A stretch of 17,459 nucleotides of DNA from an uncultured bacterium. GTDB taxonomy: Bacteria > Hydrogenedentota > Hydrogenedentia > Hydrogenedentales > JAEUWI01. Position 1 is the stretch's first letter; each line of letters begins with the position of its first letter. Where the stretch lies: the NCBI GenBank assembly GCA_963977445.1, contig CAXBPH010000142.1:1-17459 (forward strand), in the 5' to 3' direction. The notes under the pieces are model-generated. The model did not search any database, was not told where the DNA came from, and saw only the letters and a list, made by a program, of their open reading frames with translations. Positions 16,584-17,459 of this stretch are shown here, piece by piece. Made by a program: the position numbers and the translations under genes.

Positions 16584-17459
16584 TCAATCGTTGGCTTCGT
16601 CACGAAGTGAGGCCATATCAATTACAAAGCGGTACTTGACGTCATTTTTCAGGAGGCGTTCATAGGTCTCGTTGACCGATTGCATGGACACCATTTCGAC
16701 ATCACTGACGATATTGTGCTTTGCACAGAAATCCATCATCTCCTGAGTTTCTTTCATGCCACCAATACACGAACCGGTAATGCTCCGTCGCTTCATGATC
16801 AGGCTGCGCCCTTTCAGCGGCGGCTCCAGTTCGGTGAGGGCACCCACGAGCACCATGGTGCCATCGCATTTCAAAAGATTGCAATAGGGATTGAGGTCGT
16901 GTCCAACGGGTACGGTGTTAAGCAAAAAGTCAAAACTGGAAGCGGCGTGTTTCATTGCGGCAGGGTCCGTCGATACCAAGACCTCCTTGGCCCCCAGGCG
17001 CACCGCATCATTCCCTTTTTCGGGGGACGTGGTAATCATGACGGTGTGGGCTCCCAGGGCGGCGGAAAACTTGACCCCCATGTGCCCCAGTCCACCCAAT
17101 CCGATGATGCCGACTTTCTGCCCCTCACCCACCTTCCAATGGCGCAAGGGTGAATAGGTCGTGATTCCGGCGCACAGCAAGGGAGCTACGGCTTTCAGAT
17201 CGAGGTCTCCAGAAACCTTGACGACAAAGCGCTCTTCGACCGTAATCTGCTCGCTGTAGCCACCAAAGGTCAAGGTGCCGGATTCACGTTCTTTTCCGTT
17301 GTACGTCATGGTCGGGCCGTTTTCGCAATACTGCTCGAGATCCGCATCACACGAGGCACAGGCCCGGCATGAATCCACCATGCAGCCTACCCCGGCATAG
17401 TCCCCTACGCTAACCCGCTGTACCTGGTCACCAACTTGGGTAACGCGACCGACGATCTC
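16584..17459 (-). CDS. Zn-dependent NAD(P)H alcohol dehydrogenase / aldehyde reductase (cinnamyl alcohol dehydrogenase-like), 5' end outside window
   Basis: The frame is open to the window edge (EIVGRVTQVG...GVGCMVDSCRACASC...YC). Motifs APLLCAGITTYSPL, GLGGLGHMGVK and VKYRFVID. Confidence 0.95.
   Translation of the reverse strand, partial: EIVGRVTQVGDQVQRVSVGDYAGVGCMVDSCRACASCDADLEQYCENGPTMTYNGKERESGTLTFGGYSEQITVEERFVVKVSGDLDLKAVAPLLCAGITTYSPLRHWKVGEGQKVGIIGLGGLGHMGVKFSAALGAHTVMITTSPEKGNDAVRLGAKEVLVSTDPAAMKHAASSFDFLLNTVPVGHDLNPYCNLLKCDGTMVLVGALTELEPPLKGRSLIMKRRSITGSCIGGMKETQEMMDFCAKHNIVSDVEMVSMQSVNETYERLLKNDVKYRFVIDMASLRDEAND

Overview
Moderately GC-rich bacterial chromosomal segment with no integrase, transposase or CRISPR array. 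Left: a + strand three-gene cluster (204-7098) encoding a GT-C/TMTC-like membrane protein, a 1605-aa secreted GH38-like multidomain protein and a CPBP/CAAX-family membrane protein. By eye, all three keep their family scaffolds but lack the family catalytic motifs, which is the most unusual feature of the window. A repeat-rich spacer (REP-like and IS200/IS605-end-like hairpins) follows. Next is a - strand block: tRNA-Gly(CCC), a ThDP enzyme, an M23 lipoprotein, a DUF4870 protein, a Tat-exported amidohydrolase and tRNA-Leu(CAA). Then come a MarR-SDR pair with candidate operators and an Xre/MbcA-RES toxin-antitoxin pair with a near-consensus, probably leaderless promoter. The window ends with a convergent BNR/sialidase-like gene and a truncated Zn-dependent alcohol dehydrogenase. 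Family assignments come from motif recognition only; no searches were run.
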